The position numbers and the translations under genes were made by a program. The notes below the pieces were generated by a model. That model was given only the letters and a program-made list of their open reading frames with translations, made no database searches and had not been told where the DNA came from. Below, piece by piece: positions 61,153 through 64,000 of a DNA stretch of 64,000 nt. Position 1 is the stretch's first letter. The number at the start of each line of letters is the position of its first letter. Source of the DNA: Ascidiella aspersa (Eukaryota); assembly GCA_963924565.1 (NCBI GenBank), contig OZ004611.1, forward strand, positions 21,886,001 to 21,950,000, written 5' to 3'.

Positions 61153-64000
61153 TAGCGTCTGGGAACGGAGGCGTTGGCGACGCGGACCGGCGCCTATACA
61201 CAACAGAGGCGAAAATACTCGGAAGGGGGTTACGCTTTTTGTTGGTCGCCGGGCGCAGTTGTGTTAGCCTATGAATTTTTAGGGTTTTCGACTGAGTATA
61301 GTCTGGGGCAAAATGACCTGACCCGAATACAACGACCTTGGTATATTTTGTACGGTAAAAAAATACAAAAACATTTCCCGCCCATTGTAAAAAATAAGAT
61401 AATTTTGAGTAATTCTTGCACTTTCTTTAAAATTATTGGCAAAATACGTGTTACTTATTTTTATCTAAATGTTAGCCAAAATATATATGTTCTTATAAAC
61501 CTGACACAGCTATTTGAAAATTAAAAATCTGTAAAAGGTGCTTTATTGAAATCAATTATATATAAAAGGCATATCTAAAGATAAAGGGTAATAACAACAC
61601 AGTGGTATTTTGGTCGGAATTTATAATCACTTTCCTTTGCCTATGAAAACCCTATTAATGTCAACTTTTCAGTACTTTATTTTTAAAAACTGTGTTAATT
61701 ACAGTTTAGTATAACTACCATAGTAAGCAATATATAATTTTTATTGCCACATAAATATCTCAACCAAACCTTGCGGCATGATTAAAAATTAATATCATGA
61801 GCGTTTTCCGTAACTTTTCATAGAAAATAAAAATTTATGTTGATTTTCAGGAATTGTTATATTTTTATTGCAATGGATATCAATATTTAATTAATTAATG
61901 GTCCGTCGTGTTAGTAGGTTAATTGCTTTATTTAGATCAATTAGACCTTATCACAATAGAACGTTATGGTCAAATAATTTACAGTGATATGTGTTTAATT
62001 CTTTCCAGTTGTAAGTAAATACTAACAATGCTAAACTGGAAATTGATCTTTTTCACCTTTAACAGTGGCAGATTTTGTGTGTCCAAGACCGAGTGGAAGA
62101 GTGGAGTTTATTGAAAACACATGGTTGACAAACTTGACACCTTTAGCGTGGCAGAGAGTACGAACCCTCGTCACTTTTTGAACCAAATTGTGTTCCAAGG
62201 TCATGACTGATGTAAATTATTCAAACGGCCTAACAACGACATAACTTATTTGCATAAACTTTCTGTATTTGTAATGTCAAATATTTTTCTTTATTTCGAA
62301 CGCGTGTAATAGTTCACTTAATATTTTGGCGTGTTTGGGCCCTAAATGCAAAATATTACCCTTAGCCAATTTTAACAGGAAACGTTTTGTTTGACAGTGA
62401 CTTGACTTAAACTTGTCTTGCTTTTGTAGTGACTATATGTGTTAAATTTAATTTGGTATTTGTTTTAAATGAAAACTTCTTAATTAAAAAACTTTGAGAG
62501 ATCACACGCAGTTATTTCGCGAATAATTATACTTAAATCAATATTTTTCATTAATGACTACTTTACCAGAGATATGCGTAGCGTTATTGGAGAACGCTAT
62601 GGGAAAAGTTTGACGTCATTTTAATAAAAGCGTTATAATAGGGCAGTGGTCTCCAAACTGTGGGTCGCAACCCCATGTGGGGTGTCCTAAACCTTTTTTG
62701 GGATGGCCATCACTCACCAATTCCTGCAGTTTTAGTGATTTCATTTCGCTTGCCGCTTAAGCGAGCGCAACAAATATGAAAAACGTTAAAAGAAATCAAA
62801 ACATTGTTGTATTCATTTGTAACTTTTAATCAAAGCGGTAATTTAAACTTCTCATTTTGGTACACATGTTCATTGTTCAGCCACAGTTCTCTATAGACCT
62901 GTGTATAAGTTAATCATAATCAAACGTTCGTGTTATTTAGTTCAAGTATTACTTATCTGAAAGCAGATGTAAATGTCGATATTAGTTTGTTTAAATTGGA
63001 GTCGGTTAGTAAAAAGGTTGGATACCACTGTAATAGGGAGTATGCTTGCCCCCACGTTGTTCAGGTAGCACCTAATACGTACAGTACCAAAATCTCACAC
63101 TCACATTTACGTTTTCCTGTGTCTTATACATAGCGTTAAAGTTACTCATTGGTGATGTCGAACACACTTTCATGACGCGTTACCCTCATTAATGCGATTG
63201 GCAACAACCGCTGCGTGCCGCGCTTATTCTATTTAAATCATGTCCTATTCCGCAATTAGTCGTGTCCTTTTCCCCTATGACGCTCGACACCGGAATGACA
63301 TTCTTTGAAAACGTTTTTTATCCGAAAAGAGAGTAATGTTTTTCCACTGTTTAAAGTAGCAGGGTTTAATAAAAACCTTTCACAAACCTATGATTTGCAA
63401 AATCGTCATCAAAAACGTATGTGGGTACAGTTTTTATAGTTTTCCATTTTTAATGAAAGTGGTTTTGCTCTCCATTTGGGTTTAATCTAATTTGCTAATT
63501 TGCATTTAAATACCGGTATTTCGCTGTAAAACAAGGTCTGTTTAAAAGTGCGTCCGTATCGATATTATTTTCTTGCGTACATATTACAATTGTTTTAAGA
63601 ACTCGAGGAGCTAAATCCTATACGTAAATCTTGACCTATTAAATATATAACTGTAAAGCTGTATATGAATAGTATTTACAATATATTGTGGCTACAATCT
63701 CTTCTTTCAAGCAAAGTTGTAAATGTTGCAAGATGGATAGAAATTGGAAACGGTTTTAAATTGGCACATAAATCAATAGCAACGAGTATTGAAAAAACCC
63801 ATGCACGCCTCATACTAAAGCAAAGACCAAATTGGGAAAATGCGGTGTTGTTTTTTACAGCAATATCGCAGTTTAGCTCTTTCAAAAGCTGCCACGAAAC
63901 TTTTAAAGTGCGCCAATGCAAATTCGCGGCAAAGTCACTTACCCGAGTTGCAGCAATAGAGGTGCTTTTTACAGCTATAGTAGATCAGGGCTGCGATAGC
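60217..64000 (-). CDS. Divergent 7TM family member, locus 11, 5'-partial (exon >=64000-63943, intron 63942-61194, exon 61193-60217), with Q20 in the first intracellular loop
   Basis: The large exon encodes TM2-TM7 (ICT, LWFRV, TSYGC, LVYPL, MIRRS, SDI, NLLVN...SFADYR) but no TM1. The last 58 nt of the window read AIAALIYYSCKKHLYCCNS-G (end of TM1), followed by a consensus donor G|gtaagt. Its phase 1 matches the acceptor ...tgtgtatag|GC at 61194. Confidence 0.8.
61093..61152 (-). repeat. Mixed CAG/CAA trinucleotide repeat encoding 20 Gln
   Basis: 60 bp of ctg/ttg triplets on the + strand, in frame with locus 11. Confidence 0.95.

Noticed and set aside
4067-61193. Assignment to opsins, vertebrate ORs, TAS2R/V1R or insect OR/GR
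   Set aside because: No conserved retinal-binding Lys in mid-TM7, no DRY/MAYDRY/NPxxY, and the glycosylated N-terminus argues against the inverted insect topology. No gene symbol assigned.
4016-61201. Overlapping or antisense ORFs on receptor genes (e.g. 4366-4791, 4646-5044, 9980-10516, 42267-42722, 60818-61201 poly-AT)
   Set aside because: Shadow frames of GC-rich coding sequence, many with TTG/GTG starts and no recognisable domains.

Overview
Eukaryotic (animal) nuclear DNA: AT-rich intergenic sequence packed with short non-autonomous hAT-type DNA transposons, with GC-richer coding islands. Almost all coding content is one tandem cluster of 13 loci of a single, divergent seven-transmembrane (7TM, GPCR-topology) family that I cannot assign to a named receptor class. 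Ten loci are complete and intact (300-355 aa), one is a 5'-partial divergent member with a 20-Gln tract, one is intact except for a single in-frame TGA, and one is a decayed pseudogene. The ORF track splits or misses several loci; my spliced models use GT-AG introns. Four loci lie in a ~10.4-kb near-identical tandem duplication (about 12727-23075 and 23076-33618). The family has an N-glycosylated N-terminus and a TM3/ECL2 Cys pair, but lacks DRY and NPxxY. Its own motifs are NRFxQxEWI, LWx[RK]Q, SxRGC, LFxYPLR, RILKRS and DxNx3Nx6SFxxWR. The birth-and-death pattern fits a lineage-specific chemosensory-type receptor repertoire. That function, and a possible ascidian/tunicate origin, are inferences and not shown by the sequence.
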